From Anaerolineae bacterium (GTDB lineage Bacteria > Chloroflexota > Anaerolineae > 4572-78), in the NCBI GenBank assembly GCA_965199695.1, contig CBDAUV010000022.1, positions 3,526 through 67,525 of the forward strand: a stretch of DNA of 64,000 nt. The letters are read 5' to 3'. Below are positions 36,201 through 49,850 of the stretch, one piece after another. A program made the translations under genes and the position numbers. Position 1 is the stretch's first letter; every line of letters starts with the position of its first letter. Below the pieces are notes generated by a model. That model ran no database searches, was not told where the DNA came from, and saw only the letters and a list, made by a program, of their open reading frames with translations.

Positions 36201-36856
36201 GAGTGCTTTGATGCCATTAGTTTGCAAAGTTGCGACGCGCGCAAAGCTCGGCTAATTAGCAATCGGGCTGCTTAGCATAGTGTGACATTTTGCGCAGCTC
36301 CGAAACTTTGCATGTGGACCTGGACCGACCCCGGGACTGCTTTGGTGCCATAAGTTTGCAAAGTTGCGACGCGCGCCAAACTCGGCTAACTAGCAAGCCA
36401 GCCGGCCGCACCCGGGGATCTGCCGGGCTGCTTAGCATAGTGTGACAGTTTGCGCAGCTCCGAAACTTTGCATGTGGACTCGGACCGACCCCGGGAGTGC
36501 TTTGGTGCCATTAGTTTGCAAAGTTGCGACGCGCGCCAAGCTCGGCTTATTAGCAATCGGGCTGGTTAGCATAGTGTGACATTTTGCGCAGCTCCGAAAC
36601 TTTGCATGTGGACCTGGACCAACCCCAGGATTGCTTTGGTGACATTAGTTTGCAAAGTTGCGACGTGCGCCAAGCTCGGCTAACGAGGCAACCAGCCGGC
36701 CGCACCCGGGCATCTACCGGGCTGGTTAGAATAGTGTGACATTTTGCGCAGCTCCCAAACTTTGCATGTGGACTCGGACCAACCCCGGGAGTGCTTTGGT
36801 GCCATTAGTTTGCAAAGATGTAACGCGCGCCAACCTCGGCTAATTAGCAATCGGGC
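33217..36856. repeat. Block D, copy 2
   Basis: See copy 1. Offset to copy 3 is 22404 (33245/55649, 33713/56117), then 22562 (34570/57132, 35400/57962, 35962/58524, 36256/58818). This homology continues through 36860/59422, 37058/59620 and 37297/59859. Confidence 0.9.
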
Positions 36857-39050
36857 TACTTAGCATAGTGTGACATTTTGCGCAGCTCCGGAACTTTGCA
36901 TCTGGACTCGGACCGACCCCGGGAGTGCTTTGGTGCCATTAGTTTGGAAAGTTGCGACGTGTGCCAAGCTCGGATAACGAGGCAGGCAGCCGGCCGCACC
37001 CGGGGATCTGCCGGGCTGGTTAGCATTGTGTGACATTTTGCGCAGCTCCAAAACTTCTCATGTGGACTTAGACCGACCCCGGTAGTGCTTTGGTGACATT
37101 AGTTTGCAAACTTGCGACGCGCGCCAAGCTCGGCTAACGAGGCAGCCAGCCGGCCGCACCCGGGGACCTGCAGGGCTGGTTAGCATTGTGTGACATTTTC
37201 GCAGCTCCGAAACTTTGCATGTGAACTCGGACCGAACCCGGGAGGGGTTTGGTGCCATTAGTTTGCAAAGTTGCAATGCGCGCCAAGGTCAGCTAATTAG
37301 GAATTGGGATGGTTAGCATAGTGTGACATTTTGGAGAGCTCCGAAACTTTGCATGTGGACCCGGACCGACCCCGGGAGTGCTTTGGTGCCATTAGTTTGC
37401 AAAGTGGCGACGCGCGCCAAGCTCGGCTAACGAGGCAGCCAGCCGGCCGCACCGGGGGATCTGCCGGGCTGGTTAGCATAGTGTGACATTTCTCGCAGCT
37501 CCGAAACTTTGCATGTGGATTCGGACCAACCACGGTAGTGCTTTGGTGCCATTAGTTTGCAAAGTTGCGACGCGCGCCAAGCTCGGCTAATTAGCAATCT
37601 GGCTGCTTAGCATAGTGTGACATTTTGCGCAGCTCCCAAACTTTGCATGTGGACTCGGACCGACCCCGGGAGTGCTTTGGTGCCATTAGTTTGCAAAGTT
37701 GCGACGCGCGCCAAGCTCGGCTTATTAGCAATCGGGCTGGTTAGCATAGTGTGACATTTTGCGCACCTCCGAAACTTTGCATGTGGACCCGGACCGACCC
37801 CGGGAGTGCTTTGGTGCCATTAGTTTGCAAAGGTGCGACGCGCGCCAAGCTCGGCTAACGAGGCAGCCAGCCGGCCGCACCCGGGGATCTGCCGGGCTAA
37901 TTGGCATAGTGTGACATTTTTCGCTGCTCTGAAACTTTGCCTGTGGACTTGGACCGACCCCGGGAGTGCTTTGGTGCCATTAGTTTGCAAAGTTGCGACG
38001 CGCGCCAAGCTCGGCTAATTAGCAATCGGGCTAGTTAGCATAGTGTGACATTTTGCGTAGCTCCAAAACTTTGCATGTGGACCCGGACCGAACCCAGGAG
38101 TGCTTTAATGCCATTAGTTTGCAAATTTGCGAAGTACGCCAAGCTCTGCTAATTAGCAATCGGGCTGGTTAGCATAGTGTGACATTTTGCGCAGCTCCGA
38201 AACTTTGCATGTGGACCTGGACCGACCCCGGGAGTGCTTTGGTGCCATTAGTTTCCAAAGTTGCGACGAACGCCAAGCTCGGCTAACAAGGCAGCCAGCC
38301 GGCCGCACCCGGACATCTGCCGGGCTAATTGGCATAGTGTGACATTTTTCGCTGCTCCGAAACTTTGCATGTGGACTCGGACCGACCCCGGGAGTACTTT
38401 GGTGCCATTAGTTTGCAAAGTTGCGACGCGCGCCAAGCTCGGCTAACGAGGCAGCCAGCCGGCCGCACCCTGGGATCGGCCGGGCTGTTAGCATAGTGTG
38501 ACAGTTTGCGCAGCTTCGAAACTTTGCATGTGGACTCGGACCGACCCCGGGAGTACGTTGGTGCCATTAGTTTGCAAAGTTGCGACGCGCGCCAAGCTCG
38601 GCTAACGAGGCAGCGAGCCGGCCGCACCCGGGGATCTGCAGGCCTGGTTAGCACAGTGTGACATTTTGCGCAGCTCCGAAACTTTGCATATTTAACTCGC
38701 ACCGACCCCAGGAGTGCTTTGGTGCCAATAGTTTGCAAAGTTGCGACGCGCGCCAAGCTCGGCTAACGATGCAGCAAGCCGGCCGCACCCGGGGATCTGC
38801 CGAGCTGGTTAGCATAGTGTGACAGTTTGCGCAGCTTCGAAACTTTGCATGTGGACTCGGACCGACCCCGGGAGTGCTTTGGTGCCATTAGTTTGCAAAG
38901 TTGCGACGCGCGCCAAGCTCGGCTAACTAGCAATCCGACTGGTTAGCATAGTGTGACATTTTGCGCAGCTCCGAAACTTTGCATGTGGACCCGGAACGAC
39001 CCCGGGAGTGCTTTGGTTCCATTTGTTTGAAAAGTTGCGACGCCTGCCAA
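34880..39050. repeat. Block E, copy 1 (partner 43704-47875, offset 8824)
   Basis: Twelve ORF-track anchors lie at exactly +8824 (35400/44224, 35962/44786, 36256/45080, 36860/45684, 37058/45882, 37297/46121, 37725/46549, 38153/46977, 38325/47149 and others). The gcatag landmark is at 34883 <-> 43707. Confidence 0.9.
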
Positions 39051-42000
39051 GCTCGGCTAATTAGCAATCGGGCTGGTTAGCATAGTGTGACATTTTGCGC
39101 AGCTCCGAAACTTTGCATGTGGACCCGGACCGACGCAGGTAGTGCTTTGGTGCCATTAGTTTGCAAAGTTGCGAGGCGCGCCAAGCTCGGCTAACTAGCC
39201 AGCCAGCGGCCGCACCCGGGGATCTGCCGGGCCGCTTAGCATAGTGCGACATTTTGTCCAGCTGCGAAACTTTGCATGTGGATTCGGACCAACCCCGGGA
39301 GTGCTTTGATGCCATTAGTTTGCAAAGTTGCGACGTGCGCCAAGCTCGGCTAATTAGCAATCTGGCTGCTTAGCATAGTGTGACATTTCGCGCAGCTCCC
39401 AAACTTTGCATGTGGACTCGGACCGACCCCGGGAGTGCTTTGGTGCCATTAGTTTGCAAAGTTGCGACGCGCGCCAAGCTCGGCTAATTAGCAATCGGGC
39501 TAGTTAGCATAGTGTGACATTTTGCGTAGCTCCAAAACTTTGCATGTGGACCCGGAACGAACCCAGGAGTGCTTTAATGCCATTAGTTTGCAAATTTGCG
39601 AAGTACGCCAAGCTCTGCTAATTAGCAATCGGGCTGGTTAGCATAGTGTGACATTTTGCGCAGCTTCGTTACTTTGCATGTGGACCCGGACCGACCCCGG
39701 GAGTAGTTTCGTGCCATTAGTTTGCAAAGTTGCGACACGCGCCAAGCTCGGCTAATTAGCAATCGGGCTGGTTAGCATAGTGTGACATTTTGCGCAGCTC
39801 CGAAACTTTGCATTTGGACCCGGACCGACCCCGGGAGTGCTTTAGTGCCATTAGTTTGCAAATTTGCGAAGTACGCCAAGCTCTGCTAATTAGCAATCGG
39901 GCTGGTTAGCATAGTGTGACATTTTGCTCAGCTCCGAAACTTTGCATGTGGACCCGGACCGACCCCGGGAGTGCTTTGGTGCCATTAGTTTGCAAAGGTG
40001 CGACGCGCGCCAAGCTCGGCTAACGAGGCAGCCAGCCGGCAGCACCCGGGGATCTGCCGGGCTAATTGGCATAGTGTGACATTTTTCGCTGCTCTGAAAC
40101 TTTGCCTGTGGACTTGGACCGAGCCCGGGAGTGCTTTGGTGCCATTAGTTTGCAAAGTTGCGACGCGCGCCAAGCTCGGCTAATTAGCAATCGGGCTAGT
40201 TAGCATAGTGTGACATTTTGCGTAGCTCCAAAACTTTGCATGTGGACCCGGACCGAACCCAGGAGTGCTTTAATGCCATTAGTTTGCAAATTTGCGAAGT
40301 ACGCCAAGCTCTGCTAATTAGCAATCGGGCTGGTTAGCATAGTGTGACATTTTGCGCAGCTCCGTTACTTTGCATGTGGACCCGGACCGACCCCGGGAGT
40401 AGTTTCGTGCCATTAGTTTGCAAAGTTGCGACACGCGCCAAGCTCGGCTAATTAGCAATCGGGCTGGTTAGCATAGTGTGACATTTTGCGCAGCTCCGAA
40501 ACTTTGCATGTGGACCCGGACCGGCCCCGGGAGTGCTTTAGTGCCATTAGTTTGCAAAGTTGCGACGCGCGCCAAGCTCGGCTAACGAGGCAGCCAGCCG
40601 GCCGCACCCGGGGATCCGCCGGGCTAATTGGCATAGTGTGACATTTTTCGCTGCTCTGAAACTTTGCCTGTGGACTTGGACCGACCCCGGGAGTGCTTTG
40701 GTGGCATTAGTTTGCAAAGTTGCAACGCGCGCCAAGCTCGGCTAACTAGCAATCCGACTGGTTAGCATAGTGTGACGTTTTGCGCAGCTCCGAAACTTTG
40801 CATGTGGACCCGGACCGAACCCAGGAGTGCTTTGGTGCCATTAGTTTTCAAATTTGCGAAGTACGCCAAGCTCTGCTAATTAGCAATCGGGCTGGTTAGC
40901 ATAGTGTGACATTTTGCGCAGCTCCGAAACTTTGCATGTGGACCCGGACCGACCCCGGGAATAGTTTGGTGCCATTAGTTTGCAAAGTTTCGACACGCGC
41001 CAAGCTCGGCTAACGAGGCAGCCAGCCGGCCGCACCCGGGGATCGGCCGGGCTGGTTAGCATAGTGTGACATTTTGCGCAGCTCTGAAACTTTGCATGTG
41101 GACTCGGACCAACCACGGGAGTGCTTTGGTGCCATTAGTTTGCAAAGTTTTGACGCGCGCCAAGCTCGGCTAATTAGCAATCGGGCTGGTTAGCAGAGTG
41201 TGACATTTTGCGCAGCTCCGAAACTTTGCATGTGGACTCGGACCAACCCCGGGAGTGCTTTGGTGCCATTAGTTTGAAAAGTTGCGACGCGCGCCAAGCT
41301 CGGCTAACTAGCAATCCGACTGGTTAGCATAGTGTGACATTTTGCGCAGCTCCGAAACTTTGCATGTGGACCCGGAACGACCCCGGGAGTGCTTTGGTGC
41401 CATTAGTTTGCAAAGTTGCGACGCGCGCGAAGCTCGGCTAATGAGGCAGCCAGCTGGCTGCACCCGGGCATCTGCCGGGCTGGTTGGCACAGTGTGACAT
41501 TTTTCGCTGCTCCGAAACTTTGCATGTGGACTCGGACCGACCCCGGGAGTGCTTTGGTGCCATTAGTTTGCAAAGTTGCGACGCGCGCCAAGCTCGGCTA
41601 ATTAGCAATCAGGCTAGTTAGCATAGTGTGACATTTTGCGTAGCTCCAAAACTTTGCATGTGGACCCGGACCGAACCCAGGAGTGCTTTGGTGCCATTAG
41701 TTTGCAAATTTGCGAAGTACGCCAAGCTCGGCTTATTAGCAATCGGGCTGGTTAGCATAGTGTGACATTTTGCGCAACTCCGAAACTTTGCATGTGGACT
41801 CGGACCGACCCCGGGAGTGCTTTGGTTCCATTAGTTTGAAAAGTTGCGACGCGCGCCAAGCTCGGCTAATTAGCAATCGGGCTGGTTAGCATAGTATGAC
41901 ATTTTGCGCAGCTCCAAAACTTTGCATGTGGACCCGGACGACCCCGGGAGTGCTTTGGTGCCATTAGTTTGCAAAGTTGCAACGCGCGCCAAGCTCGGCT

Positions 42001-42908
42001 AACTAGCCAGCCAGCCGGCCACACCCGGGGATCTGCCGGGCTGGTTAGCATAGTGTGACATTTTGCGCAGCTCTGAAACTTTGCATGTGGACTCGGACCA
42101 ACCACGGGAGTGCTTTGGTGCCATTAGTTTGCAAAGTTGCGACGCGCGCCAAGCTTGGCTAATTAGCAATCGGGCTAGTTAGCATAGTGTGACATTTTGT
42201 GCAGCTCCAAAACTTTGCATGTGGACCCGGACCGACCCCGGGAGTGCTTTGGTGCCATTAGTTTGCAAAGTTGCGACGCGTGCCAAGCTCGGCTAATTAG
42301 CAATCGGGCTAGTTAGCATAGTGTGACATTTTGTGCAGCTCCAAAACTTTGCATGTGGACCCGGACCGACCCCGGGAGTGCTTTGGTGCCATTAGTTTGC
42401 AAAGTTGCGACGCGTGCCAAGCTCGGCTAATTAGCAATCGGGCTGGTTAGCATAGTGTGACATTTTGCGCAGCTCCGAAACTTTGCATGTGGACTCGGAC
42501 CGACCCCGGGAGTGCTTTGGTGCCATTAGTTTGCAAAGTTGCGACGCGTGCCAAGCTCGGCTAATTAGCAATCGGGCCGGTTAGCATAGTGTGACATTTT
42601 GCGCAGCTCCGAAACTTTGCATGTGGACTCGGACCAACCCCGGGAGTGCTTTGGTGCCATTAGTTTGCAAAGTTGCGACGTGCGCCAAGCTCGGCTAAAT
42701 AGCAATCGGGCTGGTTAGCATAGTGTCACAATTTGCGCAGCTCTGAAACTTTGCATATGGACCCGGACCGACCCAGGGAGTGCTTTGGTGCCATTAGTTT
42801 GCAAAGTTGCGACACGTGCCAAGCTCGGCTAACTAGCAATCCGACTGGTTAGCATAGTGTGACATTTTGCGCAGCTCCGAAACTTTGCATGTGGACCCGG
42901 ACCGACCC
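38985..42908. repeat. Block F, copy 1 (partner 60077-64000, offset 21092)
   Basis: Anchors: 39061/60153, 39890/60982, 40452/61544, 40880/61972, 41308/62400, 41866/62958. I saw only a handful of substitutions by eye (e.g. 40132, 40922, 41414). Confidence 0.9.
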
Positions 42909-43703
42909 CGGGAGTGCTTTGGTGCCATTAGTTTGCAAAGTTGCGACGCACGCCAAGCTCGGCTAACAAGGCAGCCCGCCGGCCACACCCGGTCATCTGC
43001 CGGGCTAATTGGCATAGTGTGACATTTCTCGCTGCTCCGAAACTTTGCATGTGGACTCGGACCGACCCCGGGAGTGCTTTGGTGCCATTAGTTTGCAAAG
43101 TTGCGACGCGCGCCAAGCTCGGCTAATTAGCAATCGGGCTAGTTAGCATAGTGTGACATTTTGCGTAGCTCCAAAACTTTGCATGTGGACCCGGACCGAA
43201 CCCAGGAGTGCTTTGGTGCCATTAGTTTGCAAATTTGCGAAGTACGCAAGCTCGGCTTATTAGCAATCGGGCTGGTTAGCATAGTGTGACATTTTGCGCA
43301 ACTCCGAAACTTTGCATGTGGACTCGGACCGACCCCGGGAGTGCTTTGGTTCCATTAGTTTGAAAAGTTGCGACGCGTGCCAAGCTCGGCTAATTAGCAA
43401 TCGGGCCGGTTAGCATAGTGTGACATTTTGCGCAGCTCCGAAACTTTGCATGTGGACTCGGACCGACCCCGGGAGTGCTTTGGTGCCATTAGTTTGCAAA
43501 GTTGCGACGTGCGCCAAGATCGGCTAACTAGCCAGCCAGCCGGCCACACCCGGGGATCTGCCGGGCTGGTTAGCATAGTGTGACATTTTGCGCAGCTCTG
43601 AAACTTTGCATGTGGACTCGGACCAAGCACGGGAGTGCTTTGGTGCCATTAGTTTGCAAAGTTTTGACGCGCGCCAAGCTCGGCTAATTAGCAATCGGGC
43701 TGG

Positions 43704-46700
43704 TTAGCATAGTGTGACATTTTGTGCAGCTGCAAAACTTTGCATGTGGACCCGGACCGACCCCGGGAGTGCTTTGGTGCCATTAGTTTGCAAAGTTGCG
43801 ACGCGTGCCAAGCTCGGCTAATTAGCAATCGGGCTGGTTAGCATAGTGTGACATTTTGCGCAGCTCCGAAACTTTGCATGTGGACTCGGACCGACCCCGG
43901 GAGATCTTTGGTGCCATTAGTTTGCAAAGTTGCGACGCGTGCCAAGCTCGGCTAATTAGCAATCGGGCCGGTTAGCATAGTGTGACATTTTGCGCAGCTC
44001 CGAAACTTTGCATGTGGACTCGGACCGACCCCGGGAGTGCTTTGGTGCCATTAGTTTGCAAAGTTGCGACGTGCGCCAAGCTCGGCTAAATAGCAATCGG
44101 GCTGGTTAGCATAGTGTCACAATTTGCGCAGCTCTGAAACTTTGCATATGGACCCGGACCGACCCAGGGAGTGCTTTGGTGCCATTAGTTTGCAAAGTTG
44201 CGACACGTGCCAAGCTCGGCTAACTAGCAATCCGACTGGTTAGCATAGTGTGACGTTTTGCGCAGCTCCGAAACTCTGCATGTGGACCCGGACCGACCCC
44301 GGGAGTGCTTTGGTGCCATTAGTTTGCAAAGTTGCGACGCACGCCAAGCTCGGCTAACAAGGCAGCCCGCCGGCCACACCCGGTCATCTGCCGGGCTAAT
44401 TGGCATAGTGTGACATTTCTCGCTGCCCCGAAACTTTGCATGTGGACTCGGACCGACCCCGGGAGTGCTTTGGTGCCATTAGTTTGCAAAGTTGCGAAGC
44501 GCGCCAAGCTCGGCTAATTAGCAATCGGGCTAGTTAGCATAGTGTGACATTTTGCGTAGCTCCAAAACTTTGCATGTGGACCCGGACCGAACCCAGGAGT
44601 GCTTTGGTGCCATTAGTTTGCAAATTTGCGAAGTACGCCAAGCTCGGCTTATTAGCAATCGGGCTGGTTAGCATAGTGTGACATTTTGCGCAACTCCGAA
44701 ACTTTGCATGTGGACTCGGACCGACCCCGGGAGTGCTTTGGTGCCATTAGTTTGCAAAGTTGCGTCGCGCGCCAAGCTCGGCTAATTAGCAATCGGGCTG
44801 CTTAGTATAGTGTGACATTTTGCGCAGCTCTGAAACTTTGCATGTGGACCCGGACCGACGCAGGTAGTGCTTTGGTGCCATTAGTTTGCGAAGTTGCGAG
44901 GCGCGCCAAGCTCGGCTAACTAGCCAGCCAGCCGGCCGCACCCGGGGATCTGCCGGGCTGCTTAGCATAGTGTGACATTTTGCGCAGCTCTGAAACTTTG
45001 TATGTGGATTCGGACCGAACCCGGGAGTGCTTTGATGCCATTAGTTTGCAAAGTTGCGACGCGCGCAAAGCTCGGCTAATTAGCAATCGGGCTGCTTAGC
45101 ATAGTGTGACATTTTGCGCAGCTCCGAAACTTTGCATGTGGACCTGGACCGACCCCGGGACTGCTTTGGTGCCATAAGTTTGCAAAGTTGCGACGCGCGC
45201 CAAACTCGGCTAACTAGCAAGCCAGCCGGCCGCACCCGGGGATCTGCCGGGCTGCTTAGCATAGTGTGACATTTTGCGCAGCTCCGAAACTTTGCATGTG
45301 GACTCGGACCGACCACGGGAGTGCTTTGGTGCCATTAGTTTGCAAAGTTGCGACGCGCGCCAAGCTCGGCTTATTAGCAATCGGGCTGGTTAGCATAGTG
45401 TGACATTTTGCGCAGCTCCGAAACTTTGCATGTGGACCTGGACCAACCCCAGGATTGCTTTGGTGACATTAGTTTGCAAAGTTGCGACGTGCACCAAGCT
45501 CGGCTAACGAGGCAACCAGCCGGCCGCACCCGGGCATCTACCGGGCTGGTTAGAATAGTGTGACATTTTGCGCAGCTCCCAAACTTTGCATATGGACCCG
45601 GACCGACCCAGGGAGTGCTTTGGTGCCATTAGTTTGCAAAGATGTAACGCGCGCCAACCTCGGCTAATTAGCAATCGGGCTACTTAGCATAGTGTGACAT
45701 TTTGCACAGCTCCGGAACTTTGCATCTGGACTCGGACCGACCCCGGGAGTGCTTTGGTGCCATTAGTTTGGAAAGTTGCGACGCGTGCCAAGCTCGGATA
45801 ACGAGGCAGCCAGCCGGCCGCACCCGGGGATCTGCCGGGCTGGTTAGCATTGTGTGACATTTTGCGCAGCTCCAAAACTTCTCATGTGGACTTAGACCGA
45901 CCCCGGTAGTGCTTTGGTGACATTAGTTTGCAAACTTGCGACGCGCGCCAAGCTCGGCTAACGAGGCAGCCAGCCGGCCGCACCCGGGGACCTGCAGGGC
46001 TGGTTAGCATTGTGTGACATTTTCGCAGCTCCGAAACTTTGCATGTGAACTCGGACCGAACCCGGGAGGGGTTTGGTGCCATTAGTTTGCAAAGTTGCAA
46101 CGCGTGCCAAGGTCAGCTAATTAGGAATTGGGATGGTTAGCATAGTGTGACATTTTGGAGAGCTCCGAAACTTTGCATGTGGACCCGGACCGACCCCGGG
46201 AGTGCTTTGGTGCCATTAGTTTGCAAAGTGGCGACGCGCGCCAAGCTCGGCTAACGAGGCAGCCAGCCGGCCGCACCGGGGGATCTGCCGGGCTGGTTAG
46301 CATAGTGTGACATTTTGCGCAGCTCCGAAACTTTGCATGTGGATTCGGACCAACCACGGTAGTGCTTTGGTGCCATTAGTTTGCAAAGTTGCGACGCGCG
46401 CCAAGCTCGGCTAATTAGCAATCTGGCTGCTTAGCATAGTGTGACATTTTGCGCAGCTCCCAAACTTTGCATGTGGACTCGGACTGACCCCGGGAGTGCT
46501 TTGGTGCCATTAGTTTGCAAAGTTGCGACGCGCGCCAAGCTCGGCTTATTAGCAATCGGGCTGGTTAGCATAGTGTGACATTTTGCGCACCTCCGAAACT
46601 TTGCATGTGGACCCGGACCGACCCCGGGAGTGCTTTGGTGCCATTAGTTTGCAAAGGTGCGACGCGCGCCAAGCTCGGCTAACGAGGCAGCCAGCCGGCC

Positions 46701-48470
46701 GCACCCGGGGATCTGCCGGGCTAATTGGCATAGTGTGACATTTTTCGCTGCTCTGAAACTTTGCCTGTGGACTTGGACCGACCCCGGGAGTGCTTTGGTG
46801 CCATTAGTTTGCAAAGTTGCGACGCGCGCCAAGCTCGGCTAATTAGCAATCGGGCTAGTTAGCATAGTGTGACATTTTGCGTAGCTCCAAAACTTTGCAT
46901 GTGGACCCGGACCGAACCCAGGAGTGCTTTAATGCCATTAGTTTGCAAATTTGCGAAGTACGCCAAGCTCTGCTAATTAGCAATCGGGCTGGTTAGCATA
47001 GTGTGACATTTTGCGCAGCTCCGAAACTTTGCATGTGGAGCTGGACCGACCCCGGGAGTGCTTTGGTGCCATTAGTTTGCAAAGTTGCGACGAACGCCAA
47101 GCTCGGCTAACAAGGCAGCCAGCCGGCCGCACCCGGACATCTGCCGGGCTAATTGGCATAGTGTGACATTTTTCGCTGCTCCGAAACTTTGCATGTGGAC
47201 TCGGACCGACCCCGGGAGTACTTTGGTGCCATTAGTTTGCAAAGTTGCGACGCGCGCCAAGCTCGGCTAACGAGGCAGCCAGCCGGCCGCACCCTGGGAT
47301 CGGCCGGGCTGTTAGCATAGTGTGACAGTTTGCGCAGCTTCGAAACTTTGCATGTGGACTCGGACCGACCCCGGGAGTACGTTGGTGCCATTAGTTTGCA
47401 AAGTTGCGACGCGCGCCAAGCTCGGCTAACGAGGCAGCGAGCCGGCCGCACCCGGGGATCTGCAGGCCTGGTTAGCACAGTGTGACATTTTGCGCAGCTC
47501 CGAAACTTTGCATATTTAACTCGCACCGACCCCAGGAGTGCTTTGGTGCCAATAGTTTGCAAAGTTGCGACGCGCGCCAAGCTCGGCTAACGATGCAGCA
47601 AGCCGGCCGCACCCGGGGATCTGCCGAGCTGGTTAGCATAGTGTGACAGTTTGCGCAGCTTCGAAACTTTGCATGTGGACTCGGACCGACCCCGGGAGTG
47701 CTTTGGTGCCATCAGTTTGCAAAGTTGCGACGCGCGCCAAGCTCGGCTAACTAGCAATCCGACTGGTTAGCATAGTGTGACATTTTGCGCAGCTCCGAAA
47801 CTTTGCATGTGGACCCGGAACGACCCCGGGAGTGCTTTGGTGCCATTAGTTTGAAAAGTTGCGACGCGCGCGAAGCTCGGCTAATGAGGCAGCCAGCTGG
47901 CTGCACCCGGGCATCTGCCGGGCTGGTTGGCACAGTGTGACATTTTTCGCTGCTCCGAAACTTTTCATGTGGACTTGGACCGACCCCGGGAGTGCTTTGG
48001 TGCCATTAGTTTGCAAAGTTGTGACGCGCGCCAAGCTCGGCTAATTAGCAATCGGGCTAGTTAGCATAGTGTGACATTTTGCGTAGCTCCAAAACTTTGC
48101 ATGTGGACCCGGACCGAACCCAGGAGTGCTTTAATGCCATTAGTTTGCAAATTTGCGAAGTACGCCAAGCTCTGCTAATTAGCAATCGGGCTGGTTAGCA
48201 TAGTGTGACATTTTGCGCAGCTCCGAAACTTTGCATGTGGACCTGGACCGACCCCGGGAGTGCTTTGGTGCCATTAGTTTGCAAAGTTGCGACGAACGCC
48301 AAGCTCGGCTAACAAGGCAGCCAGCCGGCCGCACCCGGACATCTGCCGGGCTAATTGGCATAGTGTGACATTTTTCGCTGCTCCGAAACTTTGCATGTGG
48401 ACTCGGACCGACCCCGGGAGTACTTTGGTGCCATTAGTTTGCAAAGTTGCGACGCGCGCCAAGCTCGGCT
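43704..48470. repeat. Block E, copy 2 (tandem partner 49851-54617, offset 6147-6148)
   Basis: Anchors: 44224/50371, 44786/50933, 45080/51227, 45684/51831, 45882/52029, 46121/52268, 46549/52696, 46977/53124, 47751/53899, 48179/54327. The private variant gggagatctttgg is at 43898-43910 and 50045-50057. Confidence 0.9.
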
Positions 48471-49850
48471 AACGAGGCAGCCAGCCGGCCGCACCCGGGG
48501 ATCTGCCGGGCTAATTGGCATAGTGTGACATTTTTCGCTGCTCTGAAACTTTGCCTGTGGACTTGGACCGACCCCGGGAGTGCTTTGGTGCCATTAGTTT
48601 GCAAAGTTGCGACGCGCGCCAAGCTCGGCTAATTAGCAATCGGGCTAGTTAGCATAGTGTGACATTTTGCGTAGCTCCAAAACTTTGCATGTGGACCCGG
48701 ACCGAACCCAGGAGTGCTTTAATGCCATTAGTTTGCAAATTTGCGAAGTACGCCAAGCTCTGCTAATTAGCAATCGGGCTGGTTAGCATAGTGTGACATT
48801 TTGCGCAGCTCCGAAACTTTGCATGTGGACCTGGACCGACCCCGGGAGTGCTTTGGTGCCATTAGTTTGCAAAGTTGCGACGAACGCCAAGCTCGGCTAA
48901 CAAGGCAGCCAGCCGGCTGCACCCGGACATCTGCCGGGCTAATTGGCATAGTGTGACATTTTTCGCTGCTCCGAAACTTTGCATGTGGACTCGGACCGAC
49001 CCCGGGAGTACTTTGGTGCCATTAGTTTGCAAAGTTGCGACGCGCGCCAAGCTCGGCTAACGAGGCAGCCAGCCGGCCGCACCCTGGGATCGGCCGGGCT
49101 GTTAGCATAGTGTGACAGTTTGCGCAGCTTCGAAACTTTGCATGTGGACTCGGACCGACCCCGGGAGTACGTTGGTGCCATTAGTTTGCAAAGTTGCGAC
49201 GCGCGCCAAGCTCGGCTAACGAGGCAGCGAGCCGGCCGCACCCGGGGATCTGCAGGCCTGGTTAGCACAGTGTGACATTTTGCGCAGCTCCGAAACTTTG
49301 CATATTTAACTCGCACCGACCCCAGGAGTGCTTTGGTGCCAATAGTTTGCAAAGTTGCGACGCGCGCCAAGCTCGGCTAACGATGCAGCAAGCCGGCCGC
49401 ACCCGGGGATCTGCCGAGCTGGTTAGCATAGTGTGACAGTTTGCGCAGCTTCGAAACTTTGCATGTGGACTCGGACCGACCCCGGGAGTGCTTTGGTGCC
49501 ATTAGTTTGCAAAGTTGCGACGCGCGCCAAGCTCGGCTAACTAGCAATCCGACTGGTTAGCATAGTGTGACATTTTGCGCAGCTCCGAAACTTTGCATGT
49601 GGACCCGGAACGACCCCGGGAGTGCTTTGGTGCCATTAGTTTGAAAAGTTGCGACGCGCGCGAAGCTCGGCTAATGAGGCAGCCAGCTGGCTGCACCCGG
49701 GCATCTGCCGGGCTGGTTGGCACAGTGTGACATTTTTCGCTGCTCCGAAACTTTTCATGTGGACTCGGACCGACCCCGGGAGTGCTTTGGTGCCATTAGT
49801 TTGCAAAGTTGCGACGCGCGCCAAGCTTGGCTAATTAGCAATCGGGCTAG

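Noticed and set aside
38325-38756. 143-aa ORFs (also 47149..47580 and 48939..49370) and 146-aa ORFs (27477..27917, 55398..55838)
   Set aside because: The explanation is the same: runs of adjacent long monomers, helped by a 1-bp linker loss or the 10-bp deletion that keeps a frame open. Identical copies follow the block duplications, not any gene structure.
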